The notes beneath the pieces were generated by a model. That model worked only from the letters and a program-made list of their open reading frames with translations. It ran no database searches and was not told the DNA's origin. A stretch of DNA of 62,911 nucleotides, counting the filler, from Sphacelaria rigidula (lineage: Eukaryota), in assembly GCA_964200075.2 (NCBI GenBank). It is 6 parts of 6 records of this genome, joined end to end, with 100 filler letters (N's around TTAATTAATTAA, not from the genome) between each part and the next. Parts side by side here need not be neighbours in the genome. Positions count along the whole stretch, not along the records: positions 31,508 to 41,909 come from CAXNAA020006560.1; positions 42,010 to 52,410 come from CAXNAA020006561.1; 4 more parts are not named here. One strand, given 5' to 3'. Position numbers and translations under genes: made by a program. This document shows, one piece after another, positions 38,501 through 50,342 of this stretch. Within the stretch, counting starts at the first letter, position 1. Every line of letters begins with the position of its first letter.

Positions 38501-39148
38501 CTCCCCATCAGGTCGGCCGATCACGGCAATATGATCTCCGTTACGTGCAGCCCACCACAAGCACTCCAGCTGCGTCGCACTTGCCCGGGAGCGGCGACGT
38601 CCCGAACCACTCGGCGATCCCTTCCCAGATCCGGCCGAGCGCCTCCTACCCGCATCCTCTTGTCCGCTTTGACTACCACCCCCGCCCCCACCCCCATCCC
38701 CTCCTCTTCCTCCTCGTCGCGCAAGACTAGCAATAAAGATCGGTTCTGCCGCTGTATGCGCCACAGCTCCCGCTCTTCTCCGTTGCCCACGACTCGCCAG
38801 GTGAAGGAGGCTCGGAAACGCTGCCGCTGCGGCTGCGCGTTGCATCGGCCTCGCAGCACGCCCCGCTGTTGCCCCCGAGGAGCGACCACCATTAACACCG
38901 TCGCCACCGCCGCCTGCCGCGGTAGAGGTCCCGAGGGCGCCGACGCCGGTCATTTCGGTGTTCTCGTGTCGATATATGTCGTTGATGATGTCTCCGGGGT
39001 CTGGGTTTTCTCCTTCAGACATGGTGGACTCTTTATCCGTTTGTACGCCGGCTCCGAGGTTATCGATCGCAAGAATGTACACGCCTTCCAGGTCTTCGGT
39101 GACGCACAAGACGCATTGCAGGTCCGGGCTGACGCACAAGCCTCTTAT
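38501..39148 (-). CDS. Exon 3 (216 codons), beta-propeller-like segments
   Basis: ttccgaag|ATA AGA...GGG GAG|gtgcgc; IRGLCVSPDLQCVLCVT...LECLWWAARNGDHIAVIG. Confidence 0.85.
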
Positions 39149-39476
39149 CTTCGGAAGCAGGTGCGTGCAAGAAGGGACAGGCCGACCATACGACAGCGCG
39201 ATGGAAGAGAGCGAGGGAAAGAGAGGAGGAGGAAATAGTGAGATGAGGGAAAGCGTTGGGGGTGGCGCAGTAGAAACAACCCAGCATAAAGCAATTAGTC
39301 GCGGTATACGGAGCAAATGCTCGCGTCACCCATTTTCACCGCTGGTTTTGCCGGGCTGACTTGTGGACAAATGGCCGACGTTGGGGGTGGATATGCGCAC
39401 ATTGCTACTATTTACTTCAGATGATGAGCTGCGGGTCAGATAATTGCTCCAATCTGCGCGGCTCTTGCATTCGTAC

Positions 39477-39671
39477 CTTGCCTTGGACTGGCCAGTCGAG
39501 GAGCCAGCTCCGGAGGCTGTTGCCGCCAGCTTCCTCGTCTGTCCCGCCGCCGCGGAGGCGAATCACCAGCAGCACAGAGTTGGAGAGATATGCCACAAAC
39601 ACGGCTTCCTTGTTGCCAATCGCAGCATGCCCGAAGACCTCGATAGTTACGCTGTCTTCCCCCGTAGCGGC
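39477..39671 (-). CDS. Exon 2 (65 codons)
   Basis: caccag|GCC...GGC AAG|gtacga; phase 0-0. Confidence 0.8.
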
Positions 39672-40118
39672 CTGGTGATACAACCTCGAACTGTCTCGAC
39701 CGTGCTGTTTATGTGCGAGACAAGAGCGAATCGGGTTACAGTACAGCACCTTGTTGTGTCGGGCTTCAAGTAGTTGAAGTACATGCATGCGAGTAATTGA
39801 TTGCACTGTACGAAAATAAGGAGATACTTGGTGCGGTAACAGAGATCTTTTACTTTGGCTCTACTACCGTGTCCGCCTGACCGTTCGGATAAAGCAACTC
39901 AACGCGGCAGTTGGGGGGCGATCGCTTGAGACAATGAAAGTGTTCCTATTTTACTCGTTTGGAAGTTTGAATTTCCCATGATCCGTCGCACTGCAGAACG
40001 GCACAGAACAGTGAAGCACCTGTAGTACGACTACTGGAAAGTGTTATTGCGGGCATGCTCCCCACATTCTGCAAAGTTGGGAGAGCCCAACGAAACCGAG
40101 ACCCAAGAACATCTCTAC

Positions 40119-40337
40119 CTCGAACCTCAAATCTTCACCGGCGTGCATTGCCATAGAGAGGGGAGAGAGGTTGTCCGGCTGAAATTTGAATCTAGTCGTA
40201 CTGTATCTCACCGCATCTGCCGACGAGTTGCGTCTACCTTGAGGTGAAGGTGCACCCGATGAACTCCGCCTACTGCTGCTGCCACCACCACTGCTTCTTT
40301 CCGCTGTCTTTACACTTGCCAGGCGTACAACCTTCAT
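40119..40337 (-). CDS. Exon 1 (73 codons, ATG start)
   Basis: MKVVRLASVK...DLRFE|gtagag; phase 0; start codon choice is inference. Confidence 0.65.
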
Positions 40338-40864
40338 ATTTTCAGGGTAGGCATGACCAAGTACGAGACATCCTGAACAAAAGAGGAGAGGATGGCAGAG
40401 CTGCGGAAGAACTAGAGTCATGTTCGTTCAGACCCGCAGTTGAACTGCTGTCAAATACCGGTCATTGACGTGTGTACCTTCCATGCCATGCATCTACTAG
40501 AACAATCCACTGTGGATTTTTCTCTAATTTCATTGAATATTGATATCACCCTGTAAAGAAATTAATGCCGTGACATCCATTCCAAGTACCCTGCTGCCTT
40601 GTCACCACTATTTGTTTCCAGAGAGCGTTTATAGATCGCGGGTCTGACACAAACGTATAGCATGGTGTGAATAAGTGAAAGACATGTCGTGTCTCTGGTC
40701 CTTGCTTCCTCGCCGGACGCGACGGGCTGCTCTACTACACTGCCTACCTCGATGAAGGAAAGCCGGTAAATTCTACTGCGAGTCGAAAAGTACTATCTCA
40801 GTGTTTCATTTTTTCGTCAGTATAGATTGAGCCATCACTAACTTTGTAGAGGGTTCAGCTTTGG

Positions 40865-40942
40865 ATGTCGTCCTCTGCGGGCAGCGGTACGGGTCGTTCA
40901 AGCGCGGGTGCATCATCTAGCTCATCCCGATCACATTCACAG
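40865..40942 (+). CDS. Putative first coding exon of a divergently transcribed gene
   Basis: MSSSAGSGTGRSSAGASSSSSRSHSQ|gtatgg, preceded by branch/acceptor cactaactttgtag. Confidence 0.5.
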
Positions 40943-41909
40943 GTATGGCAGAGCATTGGGGTAACTTATGACGCCTTGTGTTCCCCAAGCGTACTGTACT
41001 TTGCAGTTGGTGTTTTGGTTATCGGCTTGTCGCTCGATTGCTGGAACTATGTGCCGTAGGTGTGGACGAACCAAGGTCGAACCATGAGGAACAAACGACA
41101 GACAAGATTAGTGTGCGCTCACGGCCTACTGAAGTTACCTCATCTAACAGTAACTCCACCTGCACCGTTGTCTCTCGTGATCGCGTTGTCTCGTGGCCGG
41201 GCATGTTTGATTCGATGCCTGTACGTATACGATAACTTGGCAATACGCACAGGGAGACAAGCATGATCGACGGCGGAAGGAAAAAGATAGGGAAAGGGTC
41301 GAGAAGGAGCGTGTGCGAAAGGAGCACGCGCGAAAGGTGAGCAACAAACACCCCAACAACGACAACGACAAAGACAACAGTACTCCTGTAGTACAGTCAG
41401 CACAATGATTCGCTATATTACACTGCGCGATTGTCTGTCCAGTTTCACCGCACCAATGCACAATATAGGACCGCACCCCAAGTACTAGAAAATACGTACT
41501 TCACACCAGCGTGAAATATGAGTTTTGTGTCTATTCGCCAACCCTCAGTAAGCAGAGTCACTTTTCCGGTATATGCAGTGACGCCCAGCGGGATATAAAC
41601 CCGATCATGATCGCTATAGTTATTTCTTAGATCTCCTAAATTTTGAAAATTTCGGGACTGGCGAAGTTCCAGATGACTCTCGAGTGCTTGCAAGCGTCAC
41701 GGTGTACACTCACGGCAGCTCTCCGAAGTGCTGCGTTGCAGTCCGAATCTTTGAGATTTATCCGAAAGTGGAGCTTGGTAGAAAAAAACAAGGGCAATAT
41801 ACAAAAAAGGGTAGACCCTTATGCTTTTGGAGCAAAAAAGGGTGGCGCATTTTCCGCTTTGGGGCGCGGCGCTGCACGCTGGCCAAACACCTCGAAAACA
41901 CGTTCCAGC

Positions 41910-42009
41910 NNNNNNNNNNNNNNNNNNNNNNNNNNNNNNNNNNNNNNNNNNNNTTAATTAATTAANNNNNNNNNNNNNNNNNNNNNNNNNNNNNNNNNNN
42001 NNNNNNNNN
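41910..42009. other. Artificial contig-joining linker
   Basis: 44 N + TTAATTAATTAA + 44 N. Confidence 0.99.
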
Positions 42010-42444
42010 TCGTTTCTGTGCCGTTTCTTGGGGGTGTTATTCTTTTCTTTCTATTCTCCCCCCCCCCCCCACCCCACCCCCCTCTTCATCCCCCCTTGGA
42101 GGGTTGGCGTCGGATGGCAAAGACCGTTTAAGATACGCCACTCACTTCGCAAGCTAGGCAATCACGGTTTTATTTTTTTTCGCTTGTGTTTTTTGCGGTA
42201 ATCATGACGGTGGTCCCGTTAGACATTATGTGCGAGGTGGAGAACTTCAACTCTCCGCACAGGCGATGATCATACTACGTGGTGTTTGAATGGTGATGCA
42301 CCCATGACGTAGTGTAACCCGTTGCTGTCTCTGGAAGTGGCAATACCAGGAAAAGAAGCAACTCATCGTAGGCTGTTATCCATTTTCGTGGCGATTAGCA
42401 CGCTTCGGACCGAACAATCTCAACAGGATGCAGCTCACCCTTCA

Positions 42445-42715
42445 TGCTACTTGCCGAACACATTACGGCGCTTCGCGCTTGGTGATTGAAGGCCTGGTCC
42501 GAGGAAAATCCGGCGTGCTCCATCCCGGCTTGGTAGGGATACGAGGTCAATGGTTTTATAATTACGGCTTGCAGCACCATCAACACCGCCCCCCCTCCCC
42601 CCTCTACTTCCTGGTCCGGCGAAAGCCCGGCGCGCTCCGTCCCGGCTCTGCAGGGATGCGAGGTCAATGGTCTTATGACTATGGCATGCATGGTCATGAG
42701 TACCCCCCCCCTCTA
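42445..42715 (-). repeat. Tandem pair of G-flanked short repeat family
   Basis: Two ~118-bp units each with GGGAT(A/G)CGAGGTCAATGGT on +; reverse complement of 20750-20905. Confidence 0.85.
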
Positions 42716-42883
42716 CTACCCCGTACGGGTTTGCCGATCCACAAGAGTTGCTCACGTCTGGTGCAGCACTTTAGCGCCAGTCGTTCTGAACTCTCCCTGC
42801 TGTACGTTGATCGACTAGTCTTGTTACAAACTGCCGTTGGGCGGCTTCGTTTATTCTTCGTTCCATTTTTCTGGCTCGCACAG

Positions 42884-43931
42884 GCGATCTAACGCACCGC
42901 GGCTGACATCCTCGCGGAACTTGCCGGCGAGTGCTGCGGAGGGCAAAGAAGACCAGCTACACGGTACACGGCAGAGAGAGCCATTTCCTGGTACCGCGGT
43001 ATTTAAGGACGCGCGTCGTTCCCGACGAGCCACCACTGGAGCAGTCGAAGGTGCAGACGCGCACGAAGGAAAGCCCACGGGCACGAAGGACACGAGAGAG
43101 CCGTTAGCGGGCACTGCGGTGGATGCAGCAATGGACACTGATAGTCAAGAGCAGCAGCTGCAGCCGCAGCAAAAACTCCAACACCAGAAGCGACAACAAC
43201 GACACTATCAACTACGGGGCACGGAAGATATGTTTGTCGGAGGTAGTGGAGGTCGTGGCGATGTCGTTGGTGATGCTGGTAGGAGGGAAAGTTGTTCCGT
43301 TTCGGCGGCGCTATTAAATGTAACTAGGATCGGCGGCGGCGGCGGCGTCAGGTGTGGTGAGGAAGTCGCACCTGCAGACGCTACACGCCCACCCTTCTCA
43401 TCGAGCAGAGCACGGTCGGATGTTACGTCTACCGGTGGTATGCAGAGCAACAGCAACGATCACACACTCACGACCGGAAGCAGAAGCAACATGTCCCCAG
43501 AGGATCCCCCGGAGACCGTCGGCAATCCAACCACAGACCCCCACTTTCCCTCCGGCGGGGCGCTCGAGACGCTTGTGAGCCCCGCGGCTGCATCTCCGAA
43601 CATGTCCCCGCCTTCCCTTCCTCCTTTGCGGCAAGATGACCTCTGCCCGGCGTCGAGAGCACTAGACGAACCATTTTCCGGCGGCGGTCGAGAGGGCGGC
43701 GCGGCCACTGCTGCCGCCGTATCGGTGGCGACAGCAGCGGCGGCAGCGGCGGTGTTTGCTGTGGCCACGGCGGGGGCGGGGGCTGGAGCGCTAGCGGCGG
43801 CGACGGCGGCCGGGGCGGCGGCGACAGCGGCAGGGGCGACGGCGGCTGTGGCAAGTGCTTCTAGGTCTGGAGAACGAGATGCGGTAGTGGTTGGGGAGCC
43901 TGTGGGGAAAGGCGGAGCTGTCGTCAAGAAG
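42884..43931 (+). CDS. Ion-channel gene, low-complexity N-terminal exon (gene 5'-partial)
   Basis: cgcacag|G CGA...AAG AAG|gtgaga inside a 368-aa ORF; poly-Q and poly-A tracts. Confidence 0.8.
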
Positions 43932-44375
43932 GTGAGACAGTAGTGCGTGTACAAACGACGTTTGCGTGTGTTTGCGTACCGTGCTATGGCTGTGGCAAGA
44001 TGTGCCGCGTGATGGCACCAGTATTCCGCCCGTGACCTCGCGGTCGCGAGTGTTGCCAACTTGATAAGCGTTTTTTGCGGGCCTATGCGCTTCAGAGTTG
44101 CTGGGCAAATTATGCATTGCAGCGTTCACCAGCTATCGTCCCCCGGCTCAAACGTCTTATTGTGTCATCCGGTTAGCTGAGCCTCACGGCATGTAGTGAA
44201 GAGTACCTCGTGACATGCACAGCCAACACTGTTCATAATTGCTGCAAAGGGTTTCCGCATGACCAAAGGAAATCACGGCTGGCGCCTCCGCTGCTGCCGC
44301 CGTCTTGTTTGGTGACCGAAATATGCTGTTCTCGATCGGACTGAGTGACTGCTGCTGCTGTCCTTCATCCGTCAG

Positions 44376-44612
44376 GGTCAGTCGCCTGTGGCGGCCATTG
44401 CGGCGGCTGTAGTAGCCACCGGAACCTCCGCCGCAAGGACCATCCGGACCTTGCAGAGAAAGCCGACCGAGGAGAAAGAGTGTTGGACATGGGACAGGAG
44501 CTGTGTTTTGAAGATCGGGAGAGGGTTCACCCTCAGCACGTTCGATGCTCAGGGGGTCGCGGACATGCTCAACTCGTCGGAAGAATCAATAGAACGAATG
44601 GCGAATACCAAA
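44376..44612 (+). CDS. Ion-channel gene exon (79 codons)
   Basis: ccgtcag|GGT...ACC AAA|gtgagg; phase 0-0. Confidence 0.75.
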
Positions 44613-45378
44613 GTGAGGATGGCAGGCACGGGGGGGCGGGGGGAGGGGAGCGTACTCATTTGTTGCTTGCTTTAGTCGTTTGACAATTGAACACGCATAC
44701 CTTTCGAGACAGAGCAAGCGGGGGGACGGGGGGAGGCGGGGTTGTTGTCATGACTACGATAGATTCGTTATTTGTCCTCTGTATCTGCTGCTGTGCCATG
44801 AACGTTTGGTACTATTCATGACTTGTTTCCTTCGTGTGTTGACTTCGAAAGTCAACGTGTCGTGGGACACGTATGAACCATGGGCTTCATGGCCCAAGCC
44901 ATTGTCAGGACTTCAAAGTATCCCCCTTCCCCCCACGAGACGATGGTTGATTTGGACCATGATTATTATCGCCATAAATATACCCACTTGAAGTAGATAC
45001 CTATTATGCTGTGATAGACTCACTGCCGAGGGGGATATACACGGAGAGAAACTTGCTCCGAGTAGCTTTTGGCGCATGACATGAACGTACAAACGTCCAA
45101 GTTCTCCGTGGTGCAGTCATTATTTCTCTCTTGTTCGCTTTGTTCCGCACTGGTTGCTAAGGAATCTTCGATATTTAGACCGCGGGTCTGATCAAAAGGG
45201 CTGGTGTAACGGGTGGAAAACGTATGTACAGTTTGCGCTCCTTGTCCTACACGGTTCCGTCGTCTCACTTATGTACCGCTTTGTTATGTGCCACTTCAAT
45301 CATGCGTACTGTTTGTTTACTTGAATCATGTATACGGTGGGGCCGTGCGTCCGATTCTGTTTTCGAAAACGTTTTCAG

Positions 45379-45496
45379 GAATGGCATGAGATGGGTTTCC
45401 GAGTGCACTGGGACCCCGTCAAGCGTCGGTTTACGATCCTCAACGTATCGAGGGCAAGCTTCGTTCTGAGGGGAAGCTGCAGCTCCATGGCTACAG
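45379..45496 (+). CDS. Ion-channel gene exon
   Basis: ttttcag|GAA TGG...ACA G|gtgaaa; phase 0-1. Confidence 0.7.
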
Positions 45497-45616
45497 GTGA
45501 AACACCGGGCTTTACCCCAGACAGGAATATACGACAGTGCTTCTTCTTTCTCTTTTTTCCAAATGGACCTTTTCCTAAAACGTTCCGCGCACCGTTCCCC
45601 ATCCTTCGATCTCCAG

Positions 45617-45825
45617 AACTTCTGGGATTCGGCGAACGGGACTACACGTCAGTGCCAGTTGCGGAAGCGTTGCTGGACCCACAACACCCCAGCGATCCAC
45701 CCCGAAGGCATATGGCTGTCGTGGGTGAGTGCATCCCACCTCCCTTGGTGCGGCCACAGTGGATGAGGACGGTATGGGGCCCTCCAGCGATGGAGATTTT
45801 TCGGGGAGGAGAGCTGCAAGTACAG
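45617..45825 (+). CDS. Ion-channel gene exon
   Basis: ctccag|AA CTT...GTA CAG|gtactg; phase 1-0; ends GGELQVQ. Confidence 0.7.
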
Positions 45826-48245
45826 GTACTGTACAGCGTTGTGGGCCTTGAAATGAGGAATAAAGTTCACTTTTTTGTGTACTCGTGATTTGTCACGGGT
45901 CTGATCTGCATCCCATGGGTTCATTGCAGCATACTTTTTTTGGAAAAGAGTGATGTGTTCCACAGTGGACAGAGCATTCTGTTGAGCGCACACACTCGGT
46001 GGGCCAGGAACACTTCATCAACTCGTCCATTTTATTTATTATGTCGTAAAGCTTCTGTTCTGTCGTATGTGTGCGTGCATATTTTTTTCTCTCTTTTTTG
46101 CACCTTACGTACATCCATCCTGTGGATAATGACCGAGGATTTCTTGGGGATCAGTTCAGATCGAATCAAACTGGAAGGACGTAAAGTGCGCATCGTCGAA
46201 TCTTGACCTAGACCGAGCGTCTTCCCTAACCAAAGTGCAAACGAAAACTCACACCGGTAGGCACACGTGGCCATGCACGACCCCCTGTTGCCTGGCCATG
46301 CACATGGCGCAAGAGACCTCACCAATCTGAACGTTGGCGAGGTTGGAGGGGATGTGGACGAGGAGTGCGGTGGGAGGGGGGTCGTACTCATTCGTTGCTT
46401 GCCTTAGTCGTTTGACCATTGACCATGCATTACTTTCGAGATGGAGACGGGGGGAGGAGGGAGAGCGGGAGGCGGGGTAGTAGCCATTTCTATTATCACG
46501 TAGTTGGTTCTTGTGGTACCAAAATCAAGCAATTTATAGCAAAGGCTCGAAACAAATTATTCGGCCGCACTACGATAAAAGAGTTGTTGCGGCCAAACCG
46601 CAGCAGATGCACCGGGAAGTGAAAGCGCCAGATGATGCATCTTGTTTCGAGGGTACCGAGCTGTGTGCACAGACGCGTGCGCAATCAATTAAGTAATCAA
46701 TTAACCAGTCGATGTATGCGGGGCATAATGGGGACACTCTCTGTCTCCGTCTCCGTCTCTCTGACTACTGTCCGTGACTACTGTGCGTCTTTTGCGGAGA
46801 CGTGGGGTACTGTAAAATTTTGGAAGATTTCCCCGCCACGTGTTGTCAAAACGCCGGCGGAAGGGGAAGATATGGGCAAACCGTTCGCACGCACCCAAGA
46901 GTACAAATATACACACACCCTGCCTCCTAGTGCTTTGTGTTTTTGGATGACGATCCTACTCCTGGGAGCATCTCAAAGCGCGAAACCTTGTGAAGCGAAG
47001 TTGATATGGGGATCGGGATGGGGGGGGGCGTACTCATTTGTTGCTCGCCCTAGTCGTTTGGCCACCGACCACACATCCCTTTCGAGACGGAGCACCGGAT
47101 GGGGATGGGGGGGTGAGAGCACTTGCCCCAGAAGGCATACCAGCGCAATCGTAGGTGCTACATTACACGATTCTTTTGTTGTCGTTGTTTGATTCTGTCC
47201 TTTTCCCTAGCTACGTGTTTCTCGTGGCATGTGAACTTCAGCCGGCGGAGCTAGAGATCGGAAAACACCATGTATGTTTGTAAATAGTTTCTTTCCCCCT
47301 GTCCCCAAACCTCGCAGAGACAGATGACGGTATGACTACTGTATAGTCTTCAAGGTCTGAAATATGAAGAATAGGTAAGGGCGCGGGCGCCTCGCAATGG
47401 TAGCCGCCGGGATCCCAGGACCAGAGCGTACAGCCATGTAGCGCGGCAAGAAATATTACAAGTAGTCCTCATGCGTTGGTAGGATAGAAGATGGAATCAT
47501 AACGCCCGTCCCCATACACAAATAATAACTTCGACATACAGTATAATGTGATCTTCATACTTCAGAAGGGTCGTCCTTTTTCCTCTCGCAGAAGAAGAGT
47601 CCTTCTGCCCTCGTACGGATTTATTCTTTTCCCGACAATCTAGATGTTCAAGTTGAAGAAAAGTTATCTTTTTCTTGTGTCATTTTTGTCGTTGCGCTAA
47701 GACCGCGTCCTGGAGAAAATAATTTTTTTCGAAGGATATTTTATTTCTTCTCGGCTCATGCGGCGATATGCTGCTGTTGTTTAGCCCCTGTGCCATACTT
47801 CACATCCTCACCGTCCACAACGTCCACCACACGTGGCGACGATTGAGGCCAGCTCTCACAATCAATCGAGATCAATCAATCTCAGGAACTATGAAACTCT
47901 ACGATCGCGGCATGAGCCATGTGAAAACTTTCCCGCAGTCACCAGTGGCAGCGGCATGGCTGTTACGATCCACGCCGTACCTCGAGACTCGAGATGCTGT
48001 TCTGGTAAGTGTGTCGCCACGCTTTGTAAGAGAGCTGCCTCCAATCGTTGCTGTGAGTGGGGTTGTGGACGGTGAGGATGCGGGCTATGTCGCACCGGCA
48101 TGTCGAGACACCAACATGTCGTCTTACGTGCTGATCAGGATTTTTGGAACAAAAGAACCGAGAAGAATAAATCCCGATCCCTCAAAGAAGTATCCCAAGA
48201 TTCAGATCTTTACGAAACTAAACTTGAAATACATTCGAATCGCAG

Positions 48246-48383
48246 GTGTGGGCACGGCAGCCGGCGGGGGCCATCACGAGATCGTTGCAAAGGAGGCGTC
48301 GGCGGCGGTCGGCCATCGGCAAGATGGGACAAACGGATGATGGTTCTTGGCTTGTCGGAACTGCCTTGCTCGATGCCGCTGAG
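48246..48383 (+). CDS. Ion-channel gene exon (46 codons)
   Basis: tcgcag|GTG TGG...GCT GAG|gtgagg; VWARQPAG...WLVGTALLDAAE; phase 0-0. Confidence 0.7.
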
Positions 48384-48859
48384 GTGAGGTGATGAGGTGA
48401 TGGGGGCGTAACCCCAACCGCCAGAGGCGCTTTTGTTGTGAGTTAGGGTTTACGCTTTCCTCGGTCGCGAGATGATGAGCTGTGTCAGGCGAGCTTTCAG
48501 ATTCCGGAACACGAAGTGATGGCAGAATGCCTGTACACCAAACCTCGGTGAAGACCCTGAACTTCTGCTTCTACTTCATGTGTAGTACATGGAAAGACTT
48601 TGTATAAGAAAGGCACACGCCCGTATCATGTGCACAACAGCCCACAAATAGTATTCCCTTCTGTTGCTGCGACCTGTATGATTAATATAGAAAGGTGCAC
48701 ACGTGTAAAATAAGCACACCATCCACAGAGTTACCGGAAAAAAAATGGAACTCTAGTTACGATATATCAATATTGTCATCATCCACGCTTCCACCAGGTG
48801 GTACTTGCGTATTCTCAACATGATTCATTGCCGCTACGGACTCTTTGTCCCTATCCCAG

Positions 48860-49677
48860 GTCTGCCGACTCGCTACCGGAAAATCGGCGAAGCTGCCTCT
48901 GCTGTCACCGGCAGCCCTCTCCAAACGCGAGCGTCTGAAAAGTCCTTCGGCACCCCAATCACACGCCACTATCGCCCCGTCCGACCTCGGCACCGGTACA
49001 AGTACAGTCACCACCCTCTCTACATTGTGGGGCGGGCTGCTTCCCTGGTGGTTCAAAACCCCGGCGACCATCATCGCCCGACAGCGCGCTAAATGGAAGC
49101 GATTAAAACGCCGCATCGCGTTGCAGGTGGCCGTGGACAAATCCACCCCTCTGGGTACCGGTGGCGCGTATGTCTGGTGGGGTTTCCACCCCCGATGCAG
49201 GCGTGTTGGCCTTGTTCGTCGCAGCATGGACTTGGGGTTGGAACCGTCAGCTTTTGGATCTCCAGTGCCCCACTCGCGGGGCTCGGGGTCCCTCAGCTCT
49301 CGCACAAGTGGCTCAAAGACAATCAAGGGGGCAGTAGCTGGTATACTCGCGGAGGGAGGGCGGGGAAGGGATGGAAGATTTGGATCCCCCCGGGGGAAGA
49401 CGGAGGCGCAGCGGGCGGTTGTGACACCTGAAAGAGGACAGGGGGTAGCGGCAGGAGACGGGTTGTCGGGACCGGTCGCCGCGGCGGGGGATAAGTCCAC
49501 CGGCCTGGGTAGTGAGGGGGTGCAGGCGGAAGGGAGCGGGGCGGTTGGGCACGTGTGGATGTCATTGAAATTGAGGGACCCCTCGATTCTGCTGATGCGG
49601 GTCGTGAGGCAGTGGAATATGGCTCGCGATGAGGCGTCCGTGCAGCAGAGGAGGGTGGCGCAAGCTGAGGCTAAGAG
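48860..49677 (+). CDS. Ion-channel gene exon
   Basis: atcccag|GTC...AAG AG|gtgagt; phase 0-2; inside a 278-aa ORF. Confidence 0.8.
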
Positions 49678-50158
49678 GTGAGTCTTATGGGCAACGGTAC
49701 CGCGTTGTACTTCATTCAGCAGGGCCTTTCTTTCAGGAGAAAATGTGTGACTTGTGTGTATTGGTTTCTATTTCTTGGGGGGGACAATGAAATGCTCCTG
49801 TTCATCTTATATAGTGGCCAGAGTGAAGGTGATGGCGGGTAAGTGGGAGAAAACCGGAAAATATTGCACATTGTTTCCTTTTTTCTTTCGCGTGGGCGAG
49901 AGGGTGTGTGCAGTGCTAGGCTGTGTGTAATGTTGTGGCGTTTTGGAAAAATGTCGCACGGACTCTGTTCTTGTATAATGTTTTCTTGGCGCGCTGTTCG
50001 GGCAAAATACACACCGCTTGTGCGTATTTCTCGAGAAACACCCGACACACACCAACACGTCCTTCAATCGGGGACTGTCGTTCATTTACCCAACGATCAA
50101 ATAAGACAATGACATCATCAGCGCATGCCCTACTGTACTGTACTGTACTGTGTCGCAG

Positions 50159-50342
50159 ATTGTGGATGCTGATGCCAGGGATCTCGCTCTGGAGAGTCCT
50201 AGTGCATTTGATCGGCATGTCTCTTTTGGTGAGCTACTGTGTCACCCTCACCTTGAGGGCCTACCACAGCACGAGCTGCAGGGCTACGTTCGGCTGCGAG
50301 GAGGAGACCGACCCCAAGCTGGCCAGCTTCAGAGAGTGGCAG
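50159..50342 (+). CDS. Ion-channel gene exon, S1 transmembrane segment
   Basis: tcgcag|A TTG TGG...TGG CAG|gtgggt; phase 2-0; LWMLMPGISLWRVLVHLIGMSLLVSYCVTL. Confidence 0.82.

Noticed and set aside
45617..45724. Alternative frame ending IHPEGIWLSW|gtgagt resembling a channel pre-S1 motif
   Set aside because: The other frame gives a fully phase-consistent chain from 45379 to 48383; kept only as a possible alternative splice form.
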